From Yuukianura sp. NJ FZ-2021 (taxonomy: Eukaryota): a DNA stretch of 64,000 bases. The notes below the pieces were generated by a model that was not told the DNA's origin, made no database searches, and saw only the letters and a program-made list of their open reading frames with translations. The stretch spans positions 3,410,001 to 3,474,000 of the forward strand of contig CM102287.1 of NCBI GenBank assembly GCA_046563655.1. The letters run 5' to 3'. Positions 63,171 to 64,000 of the stretch are shown piece after piece; position 1 is the first letter of the stretch; every line of letters begins with the position of its first letter. Made by a program: the position numbers and the translations under genes.

Positions 63171-63650
63171 CTAAATAAGAAACAAAAAATTTGCAATCCT
63201 GTTGCTGTTTTACTGTTTTGTTGCTAAATCATGGCCAAGGTCAGTTCCATCATGATTCAAGGCAGGAGATGTATGGAATTTTTTTGTGCAATTTTTTTTT
63301 TCGCAAATTCGCAAATTGGCTAAAGTGAACTGAAAGGCCGCCTGCTCCTGTCTCGTTAGATTCCTGGCGAAGGTCCAAGGATTCTGGCGCTGTAAATAAA
63401 GTTTTAGCAAAGAGATTCTTTGCACAGAGGAATTTTTTGCGTGAAGGAGATTCACGAACCAGAATAACTCTAAATTTTTATATGTGTTCAATTCTAGAAT
63501 AACGTTAGTGCGTCTTAGGATGTTACAAAGACATAACCTTTGTGCCAAAATTTTAGTATTGTTTCGAAATTTTGAACATTTTGAAAAGTGACACACCGTC
63601 CATAGTGAACAGAATTGGAAAATTTAGGAAATTTTCCAAAATCATCAAGA

Positions 63651-63965
63651 ATGGATCGATTCCTGTCCCAGTTTATTGCTCTACTTGTATTCGCTCTTCT
63701 AGTCTCGGAAACTTACGGAAAGAAAAAAAGTTGGTACAAAATTAGTTCAAAATTTGGAATTTTGAAAACAGTTTTTAGCAAAATTAACTTTTTGTTTTGT
63801 TTAGGTAAGGCAGCTTGTGTTCGTGAATGTAAAGACTGTGAGAAGTTGTGCAAGGACATTTTTGACAGTGAGTCAGTTTGTAAACTGTCTAATCCTCGGA
63901 AGTCATGGGACATTTGCTCGTGCAAAGTCGCTGGAACAATTCCACTTTGGTATTTCAAAAATTAA
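63651..63965 (+). CDS. Small secreted cysteine-rich (CS-alpha/beta, defensin-like) peptide; splice structure uncertain
   Basis: Signal peptide MDRFLSQFIALLVFALLVSETYG; mature region CVRECKDCEKLC...C...CSC (CxxxC plus CxC). Confidence 0.55.
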   Translation: MDRFLSQFIALLVFALLVSETYGKKKSWYKISSKFGILKTVFSKINFLFCLGKAACVRECKDCEKLCKDIFDSESVCKLSNPRKSWDICSCKVAGTIPLWYFKN

Positions 63966-64000
63966 AATTATTTCCAAAAAAAATCAAAATTTCGAAAGTT

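Noticed and set aside
63210..63603. Candidate first exon of PRDM13 / 128-aa ORF
   Set aside because: I found no convincing ATG-to-donor exon with PR-domain similarity.
1..64000. tRNA, rRNA, snRNA genes and U12-type introns
   Set aside because: None recognised by eye, and no RTATCCTT donors at the reconstructed junctions; tRNAscan/Infernal would be needed to exclude them.

Overview
AT-rich, gene-dense eukaryotic DNA with mostly short (~55-130 nt) GT-AG introns, from a compact-genome invertebrate; a GABA-B-R3-type receptor suggests an arthropod (inference). I reconstructed about 23 spliced protein-coding genes by eye. In order: PSAT (3' part), a Ly6/three-finger GPI-type protein, two tandem unknown-function internal-repeat genes, four tandem METTL24-like (Methyltransf_22) genes, GABA-B-R3 hosting two antisense nested genes and a Helentron-type non-autonomous element, PLA2 group XII, a strongly diverged E(z)/EZH-like gene, a tetraspanin, a diverged ISWI-like remodeler, a tight trio (orphan ORF, CMC2, ABITRAM), ClC-3/4/5, a small coiled-coil gene, a 1.5-kb foldback element with a 6-bp TSD, POLR3H, DNALI1, PRDM13 and a small Cys-rich secreted peptide. 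Main leads: (1) an apparent multi-cistronic unit in which the orphan gene's TGA directly abuts the CMC2 ATG in frame, the shared 490-nt exon segment has no ATG, and an orphan splice acceptor sits before ABITRAM; (2) a pervasive AGGTCA(n)AGGTCA / TTTCAAA / TAATTA motif grammar in introns that also invades exons; (3) co-located, fast-evolving E(z) and ISWI homologs with altered key residues; (4) two structurally clear non-autonomous transposons. No database searches were run; names come from recognised motifs.
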